Assembly: GCF_009914755.1 (NCBI RefSeq)
Contig: NC_060929.1
Length of the DNA stretch: 64,000 nt
Source of the DNA: the human T2T-CHM13v2.0 reference genome, Homo sapiens
Direction: 5' to 3' (one strand)
Position 1 is the first letter of the stretch. Every line of letters begins with the position of its first letter. Positions 40,926 through 54,010 of the stretch are shown piece by piece. A model generated the notes under the pieces. It saw nothing but the letters and a program-made list of their open reading frames with translations, searched no databases and was not told the origin of the DNA. The position numbers and the translations under genes were made by a program.

Positions 40926-41476
40926 CTGTTAGTCCTGGTTGCTTAAAAGATGAAAGTGTTGAAAATGTCAACTTTCAGTGCCCATCATTATTTGGGACTA
41001 TTAATGTCTGGAAAGAGATGAATGTTATGACCTATCTCTTTTACCTCAGGAAAATACAATGAATATTTTATAAGTATATACATTTATGCATGTTATATAT
41101 AGTCACCTACTACAGTAAGAATAGTTATGACTACATTATAGTTCTGGAATTTCCTTATGATTTGTCCTCTCCAAGGATTTAGACATTTCTGGATAATTCT
41201 AGAAGAGGCTAATGGAAATGTCCAAGTGCAGATCAATTTGTAGCTCTTATTCCTTTGGTCCCCCTTCACCTTGGGGGGCTGATTATCTCTTTGTATTCCA
41301 TGCTTTTCCACATTCAATATGAAACCACAATGTACTCATGATTAACTTAGATTGTGGATAATTTTTTACAGCCAAGAATTGTCAGTTAGCCTGCACTCAA
41401 AATTCTCTCCATGAAATAATATCAGAAGAGCTAGAATTCTTATTATGACTTAGATGTGAATAAGCATGTATCTTTC

Positions 41477-41835
41477 TAATGTGGTTTGGCTCTGTGTTCC
41501 CACCCAAATCTCATCTTGTAGCTCCCATAATTACCACGTGCTATGGGAGGGACCCAGTGAAAGAAGATTGAATCATGGGGTGGGGCTTTCCTGTGCTATT
41601 CTCATGATAGTGAATGGGAAGATCTGATAATGTTATAAACAGGAGTTTCTCTGCACAAGCTCTCTTTTTGCCTGCTGCCTTCCATGTAAAATGGGACTTG
41701 CTCCTCCTTGTCTTCCACCATGATTGTGCAGCCTCCCCAGCCATGTGAAACTGTAAGTCCAATAAACGTCTTTCTTTTGTAAATTGCCCAGTCTCGGGTA
41801 TGTCTTTATTAGCAGCATGAAAATGGGCTACTATA
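41477..41835 (+). mobile_element. THE1A/B MaLR solo LTR
   Basis: ggtttggctctgtgttcccacccaaatctcatcttgtagctccc; perfect TSD ctttc at 41472-41476 and 41836-41840. Confidence 0.92.
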
Positions 41836-42355
41836 CTTTCTTTGTTTTCCAAAACTAATTTCATATTGCTCCCATATTTTTGTTTTACCTATTTCTTCTA
41901 GTGGAAGAAAAAAGAAGTAAAGCTTTCCAGTTATGTTTAAACTCTAGTTTAAAATTATCTCTTGTAGGTACAAATACAGTCAGTTCAGAGTTGACACTCA
42001 CTTTCAAGGATGTTTTGTCCTGGCTGATTCCGATGGCGTGTGAATTGCTGGTCTGGATCCCGGGTATGTCAGCACCTGCCGCAGATCACTGCAGACCTTG
42101 TCCTTGTCTCTTCTTGTGAGGTCCTTACTCTCTGAGGTCTCATTGTCCTAAGCACTTCTCCAGTCCTCTGCTCCTATTAGCATCTATGACAGAATGTTGC
42201 TGTAAAAAATTTCAAAGGTAAAAATATGTAACTGATGCACCTTAACCAAGATTAAAATGCAGCTGATTTGGGAGAGAAGAACCCTTCAATCAAATCAGTG
42301 TGGTGGAAAGGGGTCAGAATACTGAGAGGAGAGCATTTGGGGGAAGACTTTCTTT

Positions 42356-43922
42356 CTTTTTTTTTTTTTTTAGATATTCAACATTATTTAATCATTCAGG
42401 AAATGCAAATTAAAACCACAATCAGAGAATAACCGTATATCTATTAGAACAACCATAATTTTTAAAGGCTGATCAATTCAAGGGTGGCAAGAGCAAGAGC
42501 ATACAAAAAAAGCAGTATACAACAATATGAATAAATCTTAGTCATATAATATTAAGGGAAAAAAACAAAAGATTATATACATCATGAAAAACTGTTTACT
42601 AAAGTTTTTTAAACAACTAAAATTTTTGAACTATTTTACAAAAATACCTATCCATAACAATAATACTATTTAAACAGAAAAATAAGAGAATAATGAATAT
42701 AGGATTCAAGATAATTCTTACCTCAGGTTGGGGAAAACAGAATAATAGGTTGCTTAGGAAAGTTTACAGTTGGATGTAAATTATTGACAAGGTCCTACTT
42801 TTTATTTTGGGTGGTTGGGTCAAGTATTTATTACATTATTTAAATTACGTAACTAAATAAGATTAGACCATGCGTGGAACAATAATGAGAATATGCCATA
42901 ATCCAGTCTAGTAATTAATCAATCCAATTACATAAACCTGAGGCCAATTTTCAATATCATTATTGTAAGTAATGTTCTTGTAACATGTAAAAATGTTTTG
43001 TAACATACAATATGACCAAAAATGATGTTTTTACAATATATTTTAAGGTTTAGCTTTCCTATCATTTGTAATTAATCTGACAAACATAATATATTTATGA
43101 TTGCAGACCCTTAAACTAATACTGAAAAGATAAAACTTACCATCAATATCAACAGTCTTTAGTGCCTGTCGCATTTCTTTTTTTTTTTTCTTTTTATTAT
43201 ACTTTAAGTTTTAGGGTACATGTGCACATTGTGCACTGGCCATCAGAGAAATGCAAATCAAAACCACTATGAGATATCATCTCACACCAGTTAGAATGGC
43301 AATCATTAAAAAGTCAGGAAACAACAGGTGCTGGAGAGGATGTGGAGAAATAGGAACACTTTTACACTGTTGGTGGGACTGTAAACTAGTTCAACCATTG
43401 TGGAAGTCAGTGTGGCGATTCCTCAGGGATCTAGAACTAGAAATACCATTTGACCCAGCCATCCCATTACTGGGTATATACCCAAATGACTATAAATCAT
43501 GCTGTTATAAAGACACATGCACACGTATGTTTATTGCAGCATTATTCACAATAGCAAAGACTTGGAACCAACCCAAATGTCCAACGATGATAGACTGGAT
43601 TAAGAAAATGTGGCACATATACACCATGGAATACTATGCAGCCATAAAAAATGATGAGTTCATGTCCTTTGTAGGGACATGGATGAAATTGGAAATCATC
43701 ATTCTCAGTAAACTATCGCAAGAACAAAAAACCAAACACCGCATATTCTCACTCATAGGTGGGAATTGAACAATGAGATCACATGGACACATGAAGGGGA
43801 ATATCACACTGGGGACTGTGGTGGGGTCGGGGGAGCGGGGAGGGATAGCATTGGGAGATATACCTAAGGCTAGATGACGAGTTAGTGGGTGCAGCACACC
43901 AGCATGGCACATGTATACATAT
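42356..43922 (-). mobile_element. L1PA2 insertion with 5' inversion and ~0.8 kb 3' transduction
   Basis: TSD ggaagactttcttt at 42342-42355 and 43923-43936; poly(T) 42356-42371; transduced DNA 42372-43173; L1 tail on minus 43174-43235; inverted L1 on plus 43234-43922. Confidence 0.92.
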
Positions 43923-43956
43923 GGAAGACTTTCTTTAGATAATGTGGTGCTAAATC

Positions 43957-44398
43957 TGTGAACCAGGGTTCTCCAGAGAAACAGGACCAATAGGATCTAT
44001 GTGTGTATAAAGATATTTATTTTAAGAAATTGGCTCATGTGACTGTGGATAGTGGAGTGAGTCTAAAATCTGGTGGGGGAGGCCAGCAAGCTGGAGACTC
44101 AGGAAGGAGTTGTAGTTCAATTCCAAAATCAATTCCTGGAAAACCAGGAAGAGCCAATGTTGCAGATGAGGCCCAAGTCAGTCTTATGGAGAATTTTCTC
44201 TTGTGGGAGGTCAGATATTTTTTCTATTCAGGCCTTCATCTAACTGGATGGGGCCCACCCACATTATGGAAGGCAAATTAATTTACTTAGGCTCCACTGA
44301 TTTAAATGTTATTCTCATTCAAGAAACACCTTTACAGAAACATCCAGAAGAATGTTTGACCCAATAAGTGGGTACCATGACAAGTGCCAGCATAACCT
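43957..44398 (-). mobile_element. MLT2 (ERVL) LTR
   Basis: cagggttctccagagaaacag...aattggctcat...ggcccacccacattatgga. Confidence 0.85.
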
Positions 44399-45070
44399 CT
44401 CCCCTTGTTTACTTGGCACCCATATGCATCTTTTAAAATCATACTTAGCTCCCAAAGACAATTACAAGGTCATACTTCCACCTAACATTGTACAACTATC
44501 CTGAGTACAACAAAAATGCACTAACCATTTCCAAATAAGATGATGCAAAGTCCTTTAATGATGTTTACTCTTCTTGATATTCCATAACTTGAATACTATG
44601 GTGTAAAGTTAACAATAATTACATTCTATGATATAAAGTCAATATGTCTATGTTATGTGATAAGGGGATAAGAGAAGGGAGATATACACATGCATATACA
44701 CATATTCATAACAAATTAAGGAAGAAGTATTCATGATATTATGATAATTACAGGTCCTTATCTTTGTAACTGGTCATGTGGCTGTAGCAGGTATTTATAA
44801 CTACCTTCTTCCACGGCTCATTCCATATTCTCTTTGCCCTCAGCAAGTATCTTAGCTGGTCATACTTCTTTACCTGGTTGGGTGTTCTAAATCTTAATTC
44901 CCGAAGGTTCTGGGCCATTAGGAGTCCTGCCTGAATTGAATTGTTATAGTTTTCCATTGGTATAATCCAGGATGTGGTAACACTAACAGACGCTCTAAGA
45001 GATCTTGCGTATTCTAGATATATTCTTCTTTCTCACCTGCATTGTAGCAGGGCAGTCCAATTTCTCCCTA
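44399..45070 (-). mobile_element. ERVL internal (pol 3' end) fragment adjoining the LTR
   Basis: Antisense match to ERVL integrase C-terminal coding region (ttccatattctctttgccctcagcaag), frameshifted. Confidence 0.75.
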
Positions 45071-48011
45071 GTCCTCCAAGCACTTTGGGCAAGGAATTCT
45101 CTACTCCTAGCTTTAGGTCTAATTAAGAGTTGGGGCCTGCATGAAACTTCTAGGAGAGCTTACAGCTGGTGCTACTGTGAATTGTGGGGCTTCACTTATG
45201 TCAGCGAGAATTAAAGAAACCTGAGTAAAGATGAAGAGAGTTGCTAGAAAACTGCATTTAGGAAACAACTACATGTCCACAATAGCCCAGCAGATAATGC
45301 ACATTTTCCATGGACCAAATGTGGGCCACATTAATGTTAGACTTGTCCCTGAATTAATTTAGGTTCTACTGAAGAGAAAGGGAAGAGCTTCCAGTAGTGA
45401 CAGTCTGTGCAGAGTGGGCCACCGGAGAACCAAGCTGAGGAAGGCTTGTCCATGTCATTGGAGCTGTTCCTGGCAAGCTCAGAGAGGAGGGAAGCTCTGA
45501 AATCCTCACAAAGTACCTGGGTGAAATATCTGCCAGGCCCAGAGAGCATGGTGTTGCTCTATCACTTTCATGCCATGTGGGATATGATGCCACGCTGAAC
45601 ACTTGAGCTTCTCTGAGATGCTCCCAGCCTCTTGGATACACTCAGGAAAATGGGGTACCCACTCACAATGGCCTCAGATTCCTATGAAACTATCTGGGTG
45701 TTTCTGTGCCTTTTTCTCCCTCAGAGGTGGTGGATTGCCACGATGTTTCTATCCTGCTCTTTTTTTTCCTTTATTCCTTCATTTCCTCCCAGTGCTGGAA
45801 AGGTTCTCTGCTTCATACTTCTCTCTGGCAGAAACTTTTGCCTTATGTTATGGCTGATTATTTTTCTACTTCTTCTTAGTCACATAATCCTAATGCAAGA
45901 AAGGATGCAGGGGACTAATGTATTTTTAGCAAAAACAAAAAACACAAAACACTTTGGGAGTAAACTTTTGACTGTTTCTTCAGAAAAGCTTCTCTCCTTT
46001 GTGTTGCTAAGATCAGTGGAATTTTATGGGCTTGCCTTGCTTAAGGTAGGGATGTTTGGGTAGAATTCCCATTGCATTAAAAACCTTAACTCATGGTTAC
46101 TTCTTGCATTACATGATTACTTTATCTCCCTTTGTCCAGTTATGGATCTCTTTTGTTCCTTTTTCTTTTCTCTATTTAATAATCATAAGGTTATTTATCC
46201 AGCCTGGGTTAGAGAAGAATTATAATAACCTTATTTCAATGCTTTACTCTCCTTCTTATAAGTTGTTTTTAGAAGCCAGGATCAATCATTAGATTCAAAA
46301 GGATGGATAAGTTGGACAATAATTATATTAAACTCTTTGAGAAGATACATGCAGGAGATAAAATTCTAGATTTTTCCTAGACAAAAAAGATAATTGAATA
46401 TTCAATAACAGTGATAGCTAATAACTTTAGCATTTTGTCTCAATAGATAGTGATTTTTTTCTGGTGGGGGGGATAGAGGTGTATTTTCAATAGAGATTTT
46501 AATTGTGTAATTTGACTTCTAAAAAAATAGGATGCTAGATGGAATGTCTGTATGTGCATTTTCATTAAACATTCTTTTTAATCAGATATATTTAAAGATT
46601 CTTGTTTGGGTTAAGTCAGATTTGTCAGCTCTTCAATCAGTTTGTAGTACATTGTAAAAGAATATACTCAAAACAGAGCTAAGCTGTCAAGCTGTGACAA
46701 CTTGGAATGAGGAAGATTTTCAAAAATTATGAGTGAGATATTTTAAATGTCTCCTTGACATCCACAGCACTATTCAAAATACTTCATCAGAGGCATGCGC
46801 TTTCAAAATGTACTTGAAAATTAATGTAAGGAGTGTAATTTGTCAGTCTTTGTCTTAGCAAACGAGGCACTGACAGTCACGGAGCATTCTTAGTAATATA
46901 GCACTGACTCTCCCCACCTGGCGCTGCCAGGCTGCGGGAAAGATGGAGTGACCTCTTCAAGGGGCAGTGAGAAGGGCCTTAAGCAAAGCAGAAACATAAG
47001 AGGCTTGATTCCAAGACCTGTTGATACCTGTTTGAGCTGATGGCAAACGGCAAACTCCATTTGTCCTTTGCCAAGAGGATTGTGTGATTTAGTGATTCCT
47101 CGAAGGAGCCATTTCATCCTTAGCTGTATGTTGGGGACATGAGCTATTTGTCCGACCTCAGCTCATGATAGGGAAGGCTGTGGCAAAGCGACAAAACCTT
47201 GACTATTTATTTTAAATAAGTCCCTTAAGGGACGAAGGAATATCTCAGGCAAGGGGCAGTCCTAAGTTAGCTTCCTCTAAATTCAAGGAAACCTTTCCAA
47301 CACCTGACCTGGGAGAAACCTCCAGGGAGGCCACTTAATTGGAGAAGGGGCTACGAATGAATCATATTGAGCCATGAACTTTCACGTTTCTTTTCATTGC
47401 TTCTCCCTGCCCAGTAAATGCATGTGTTGTGTGCTTGTCTGCGACCAAAGTTTAAGAAATCAAAGTGGGAAAGGTACCCAATTCTGGATATTGACGAGAG
47501 AGATGTAAAATTGATTTTAAGGTGGTTCGGCCTTTCATGTGCGTAGAGTTTCTGATGTTTTAAGGTGCACCAAAGGGAAATTCACAGTAGGGACTCATGA
47601 CAGTGACCCAGAACCCAAAAGTCAGGAAGGCTGGAAATCGGGTTCTAAGAGCCAGGCAGCTACTGTGTATCAGACCATGGTGGCTTCTTTTCTGTAAATG
47701 TGTCTGCCTTTCTCTCTGTGTACAGAGGAAGAAGATGTTTCAAGAAGTGAGGAATGGCCAACATCTTAGATGCTGCGGCAGCATCATACTGGAACAATGG
47801 GGTCTGTGGAAACAGCCTTTGGGCTGAGTGATGAGAATTAACTCAAGGAGGGATGTTTTAGTGGGGGTGGGAAAGCAACAAACTTGTGCGGCAGTGAGTT
47901 GAGAAGTGTAAGACAAAAGAATATGGAGGCGGGACAGCTTTTTGGTTATATATAACCACATACATATTTTTATCATTCCCTAGGTAACCACTTAGGAAAA
48001 GGGGCTTTAGA

Positions 48012-48300
48012 AAGGAGATAGATGTCAAAGGATACAAAATAGCAGATATGTAGGATGAACAAATGTGGATATCTAATATACAATATGAGGACTAAAGCTC
48101 ATAAAATTGTATTGTCCTAGGGATTTTTGTTAAATAAGTAGATTTCAGCTGCTCTTGTCATACACACAAAAAGGAACTGTGGGAGATGGCAGATATGTTA
48201 ATATGCTTCACCACTGTAACCATTTTACTATCTATAAGTATCCCATAATACCTTGTTATAAACCACAAATAGACACTTCAAATTTATCTAAACAAATAAA
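48012..48300 (+). mobile_element. L1MA (MA10-like) 3'UTR end
   Basis: tcaaaggatacaaaatagcagatatgtaggatgaac...gtagatttcagctgctcttg. Confidence 0.75.
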
Positions 48301-50397
48301 AGAAAGGTTTGATACTTAGCCTGAAATTATACATCTAGTGAGTGGAGCAGATGTAGGATTCAAACATATGAATGTCTTCCCTGACGGACAGGGCTCTTAG
48401 CTGTGATTATTTTTTCCACTGATTTCATGAGGGCTGTGAAGATGTGGTCACTTACAGAATCGAGAGCCTTCTTCGTCCCAGGGTATGGTAAGTCACACAG
48501 GTCATATACAGTAGAGGTAGCTTCCACGGTTCGCTTAGTCTCACAGAAAAATAACATAGCTCAGGGAACGAGTTTTTATTTTTAATCCAGTTATTTAGCC
48601 GGACTCACCATAGACATAATTGTCTAATTTGCCCTAGCCCTCCCACATCACTTGAAGTAAATATACTTTTTGAGTGGCCTACTTTTCCGTTTCAGGGAAG
48701 GTGTAATGATAGAGTATTTTGCTATTTGACTTGTACATTCTATCTGTAGCTTCTAGAATAAAAGAATAATAGAGACAATTAGTTCTGCTAAATGCATCTT
48801 GGAGTCATGTGTTAGCTTATCTATGGATTTTCTCCTTAGATGTTTAAATATTCCCCCTGTAATTTAGGTTTCATCAAACAAAGGAGATCTGATTTAAGAT
48901 AATTCTCTTGGTAAGAAAGCAATTGCTGCTGCAATCTGCCATTCACCCAGAGCCATTGATCCCAGGATAAACATCCATTTATCAGAGAATTCAAAATAAA
49001 ACACAACATATGCTGTCGTTTACAGCAAATTGATGAGAATTCCGCATTCTTCCCAGGTTCTCCTATCTAACCATTATTTCGTTTACTTTGGTGAAAATTA
49101 ATGTAAAATATTAGTTTCATCTCTTTTTACTATTATTCTTAATTCAAGCTACAAAGCTGGTTAACATTGTATAAAGTCAGTGTATTATTTTAATCTCATT
49201 GTACAGTTTTGTTTATCTAAAATAGTCTTTTCGAAATATTAATAGGTGTTTAAAAATGGTCTCTTTTATAAGCCACTCCATCCTTCGAAGCCATTCATTC
49301 TGCAACGTGTTAGTTAGGTGCTTGGGAGGAATTCAGGCATTTGGATTGTGACTTTGGCCTTGTGTGGTGACCTTCTTGCAGCAACCATATAATCATCTTC
49401 TGAAAGCTATAGTTCAGGTATAAAAGGGTTGTGGCCATGAAGAAATGCTTTTCATTAGAGTTGTCATTGGATTTTGCAATCTGCATGTAGCAAGCAAAAT
49501 GACCATAAGATGATAATTAAGTGGTCTCTTTATTATTTCAGAGAGGAAAAAAGTTCACAATTATGGTGATTACAAAGCCTCTGAATTGGAGATAAAAAAA
49601 TACAACATAAAACATTTGTGTGAGCATAGATTTACTCCTTTCATTTTTTAAATGTAGATGATATTTTTTCTTGAATAATGACTGTCTTGTAGGACAAGAG
49701 GCTCTTGACTGAAGGTTGGCATTAAAATACTTGCTGTCTAACAACAGTATAAGCAGATTGTACAAAGGAGACTAATGTTTAATCACTGAAGTTCAAAACC
49801 AAGGTTTCTCTCTACAAGGCGTGTGTGGAGCCTCTAAAAGATGCAACAGATGGGTACCTCAAATTTAAATTCTTTTGATGATGATTAAGGATTTTCTGCT
49901 TAAAAATGATGAAAATAAACTTTCACTGATAGTCTTTGAAGATAACAGGAGAAGATCTATCAGAAAATTATAAATTTTTTGTGGGATTCATTTTAAAGTA
50001 AGTGGTTGTTGCTTCTCTGTACTATGTGATGCTACTTTTCTGCCTTTTAATATACGTTTTCACTCGAGCTCACATAAAACTCAGAACGAAGCTGTAGTTA
50101 TACATAAGAGTGTGTGCATTATTTCTCATACTTTACTAAATTGAAAACCTGATTTTTTTAAATCTCTGGTGAAAAAAAAATAGAGATGGTCCCGACAGAA
50201 CTGTTAAATCATTTGTCTTTCTTCTCTCAGCTGTTGATTCACCACCTCAAGCAAACAAAACTTACCAATGACCCACAAGATATGGTGGATGTGTTCATAT
50301 ATCTGTCTGCTAGTTTTCTCATCTGTAATCTGAATGAGATTATGTGAAATTTCATAAACATCAATTATGAACATTTTTAAAAATTCCTAATAAATTC

Positions 50398-50715
<318 letters not shown>

Positions 50716-51999
50716 TAAGTTGCTTTCCCCATGTCATTGAGGAGTTGTTTTGAAAACTTCTTTCCACTGCAGTAGGTCCTTAAAGCCTTTCCAGGGAGTT
50801 GCCACCCAGGGTTTTACTACCAGAGAAAGGCTCTCTTGAACACATTCACCTTTGATTATGCTTAATGTGTTTATTAACAAGAAGTACATATGTCTTCTTA
50901 TAAAATTTGTTATTTTGGTTGTATACCAATGCTTTGCTAATTCAGTAACCACATATCTAATAAATTAATTCTGTATCTTTATTGAATCTCAAAAAGCATA
51001 CCATGTAAAGTGCTTGCTTAGTATCTGCAGGATAACTTTTTATATTATAAACTATCAATAATTATTGATTGGACTAGAGAAAGCTGTGAAATTCTAGAGG
51101 GGTAAATTTGTACTAAGTATAAATGAAACATCACATAACATCATAGAAGACTTTTTCAGCTCCAGAAGGGCTTTAAAAAAAAATCATCAGTGTATTTTGT
51201 AGTTTGGATGGCATACTAAATATGGATGAAAAAAATCGATATTAAATGCATTTATTTAAATTAAAAAATATACATCATATCCAAATGCAATAGCTCAATG
51301 GTTGCACTAGAACAATCTAAAAGTTGTTAATTCCATAGCATGAAGCCCTATATATGCAAAATGAGATGAAATCTACTATGTGCCAGTGCTCCAGATTGCT
51401 GGCTGCTTTTGCCTTCTGATATATGCGAAAGCTCAGTAAAATGTGCTATGTGAGAAAAGAAGTGAGTGAGTTTATATTATTATTTCTAGTAGAACAAACT
51501 GCATTACTTTGTTTATAAAAAGCTTTAGAGGTCCATTGTTTGCTTTTCTCCTATTTTTATTTTAGATTATAAATTCCTCCCAGAATTTAGTGCAGTTTTA
51601 AAAAAATCATTACCTTTAAGGAAGTAGTCATAAATCTACATATATTAGCCTTCTTAAAGCTGTATTTGCATAACTGATTTGAAAGTAACATTTGTTATAA
51701 GCTTAAGTCTCGATGCTATTATCCCATGGCAGTTAATTTCAACCACTGTGAAATGTCAAGGGTGACCTGTTTATAGTGACTCTCATTCTTTTCCCTTGCC
51801 AAAGCAGAAGGCACTAGATAAGCACCTAGATTCTAGGAAGTTGAGGAACAGGCACCTGACACCCCTGATGATTGATTAATCTCCTTCTCCCCCAAATTGA
51901 ATCAAAGGCATCCACAGCTGTTGGGTGGTCCCACTCTTTATTCCCTTTGACACTTCCTATTGGCTGCTACTAGAGTTAAATCCTAAAATAGACATCTAA

Positions 52000-52510
52000 T
52001 AATGGACTTCCACTGCCCTCAAACTTTTGAAGTGTCTTTCCTAGAAAGTACCTTGAAATCCTACCCATTCTTTAACATTCACCTCTAATCTCATTATCCA
52101 AGTTGGAATTAATTATTCTTTCCTTCATATTTTTATGACACTTGGCTTTTCTATGTTATAAGGACAACCTCACATTAGTTGCTATACATCTACTTTTTTT
52201 GAATTGATGCTCACTTGGGACACTAGAGTGTGAGGGATTAAATGAGCAGGGATTTTGTTTATTTTGTTCACTATATCCCCCAGTGTCTAGCACAGTGTTT
52301 CCACACCTAATAGGTGCTTAATAAATATTTCTGGAATGGTTGAATGATTCCAATGGGCTTTCAAAGTTTTTTTCTTGTGGTAAGCTTTAAAGAATATCAT
52401 TGTCTTGTTCACCTCAATATTCCCAGTACAGAGGGCACTTAGCACCTTGCAGAAATAAGAGGCTTTATAACTATTTGTTCCATAATAGATGGTTGGCTGA
52501 ATAAATGAAT
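52000..52510 (+). mobile_element. Tandem L2 3' ends
   Basis: ttttgttcacta...cagtgtctagcacagtg...taggtgcttaataaatattt. Confidence 0.7.
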
Positions 52511-52693
52511 AGAGCTGTTTTCTCCAAAGCCCAAGATGCTCTAAAAGGCAATTGATCTTTGAAAGGTATAATCCTGAGTATTTAAAGAAATTTTGTCATA
52601 AATTGAGTAATTAAAGTAGTAATATACCCACAGCACTAAATAAATAGCTGAAAACAAGACAAAACAAAGTGTTCTATAACTTAAAGTGTTGCC

Positions 52694-53670
52694 ACATGAA
52701 CAGACAGTTTTCAAAAGAAGACTACATGTAGCCAACAGTTATATGAAGAAAAGCTCAACATCACTGATCATTAGAGAAATGCAAATCAAAACCACAATGA
52801 GATACCATCTCCCATCAGTCAGAATGGTTATTATTAAAAAGTCAAAAAACAACAGATGCCGACAAGGTTGTGGAAGGAAAGAAATGCTTTTTACACTGTT
52901 GGTGGGAGGATAAATTACTTCAACCATTGTGAAAAACAGTGTGGCAATTCCTCAAAGACCTCAAGACAGAAATACCACTTGACCCAGCAATCCCATTACT
53001 GTGTATATACCCAAAGGAATATAAATTATTCTGTTATAAAGAAACATGCACGCATATGTTTATTGTAGCACTATTAACAATTGCAAAGACATGGAATCAG
53101 TCTAAATGCCCATCAATGACAGACTGGATAAACAAAATGTGACATATATGTATATGTATCTGTGTGTATATCTATATCTGTGTATATATATCACATTTTA
53201 TTTATATATATACATATGTGTGTATATATACATATCTATGTATGTGTATATATATGTTTTCATTTGTGTGTATGTATACACACACACACACACACACACA
53301 CACCATAGAATGCTATGCAGCCATAAAAAAGAATGAGATAATGTCCTTTGCCAGGACATGGATGGAGCTAGAGGCCGTTATCCTTAGCAAACTAATACAG
53401 GAACAGAAAACCAAAGACTGCATATTCTTGCATATAAGTGGGAGCTAAATTATGAGAACACATGGACACATAGAGGGGAACAATGCAAACACTGGGCCTA
53501 TCAAAGGGTAGAGTGAGAGGAGGGAGAGGATCAGGAAAAATAACAAATGGATACTAAGCTTAATGCTGGGGTGATGAAATAATCTGTATCACAAACCCCA
53601 TGACACAAGTTTGTCTGTGTAACAAACCTGCACATGTACCCCTGAACTTAAAATAAAAGTAAAAAAAAGA
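52694..53670 (+). mobile_element. L1PA13-like 3' 1 kb with internal (TA/TG/CA)n expansion at 53141-53303
   Basis: ORF2p C-terminal peptides; 3'UTR gtgatgaaataatctgta...cctgaacttaaaataaaagt. Confidence 0.88.
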
Positions 53671-53739
53671 AGTTCCCAGTTTTTGGATGATGATGTACCA
53701 GACACTGGAGATTTACGCTTTTAGTTTTTATTCATGATC

Positions 53740-54010
53740 CATTTGGAGAGGTCTTCCCTAGCCACCCTGTCCACAGCTGTACCTCTCATCTGAATGTACT
53801 TCTTTAATTGGTTTATTTTGTTTCATAACATTTAACCTTACCTCACATAATATTATATTAGTATATTGTTTTTACACAGTAAAATGTCTACAGTTCTCCT
53901 GCTGGAATATAACCTCCATGAGGGCAGACAGGTCTTGTTTCCTGCCTGGAGAATTGTACTAATACCTGGTATATAGCAGGTACTCAAACTTTTTTTTAAG
54001 CAAATGAAAA
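53740..54010 (+). mobile_element. L2 3' end
   Basis: gaatataacctccatgagggcag...agcaggtactcaa. Confidence 0.7.

Noticed and set aside
43251-43769. Intact 172-aa ORF
   Set aside because: It is the C-terminal piece of L1 ORF2p in a truncated, inverted L1PA2; no promoter, not a gene
45632-46063. 143-aa hydrophobic ORF
   Set aside because: Starts at a non-ATG codon; T-rich low-complexity composition; no recognisable domain or exon structure
50211-50290. Plus-strand acceptor (tctttcttctctcag) and minus-strand donor (GGTAAGT)
   Set aside because: No convincing partner splice site on either strand; expected by chance
53141-53303. TA/TG/CA-rich tract interrupting L1 ORF2
   Set aside because: Common microsatellite expansion from the L1 acatatacacc seed
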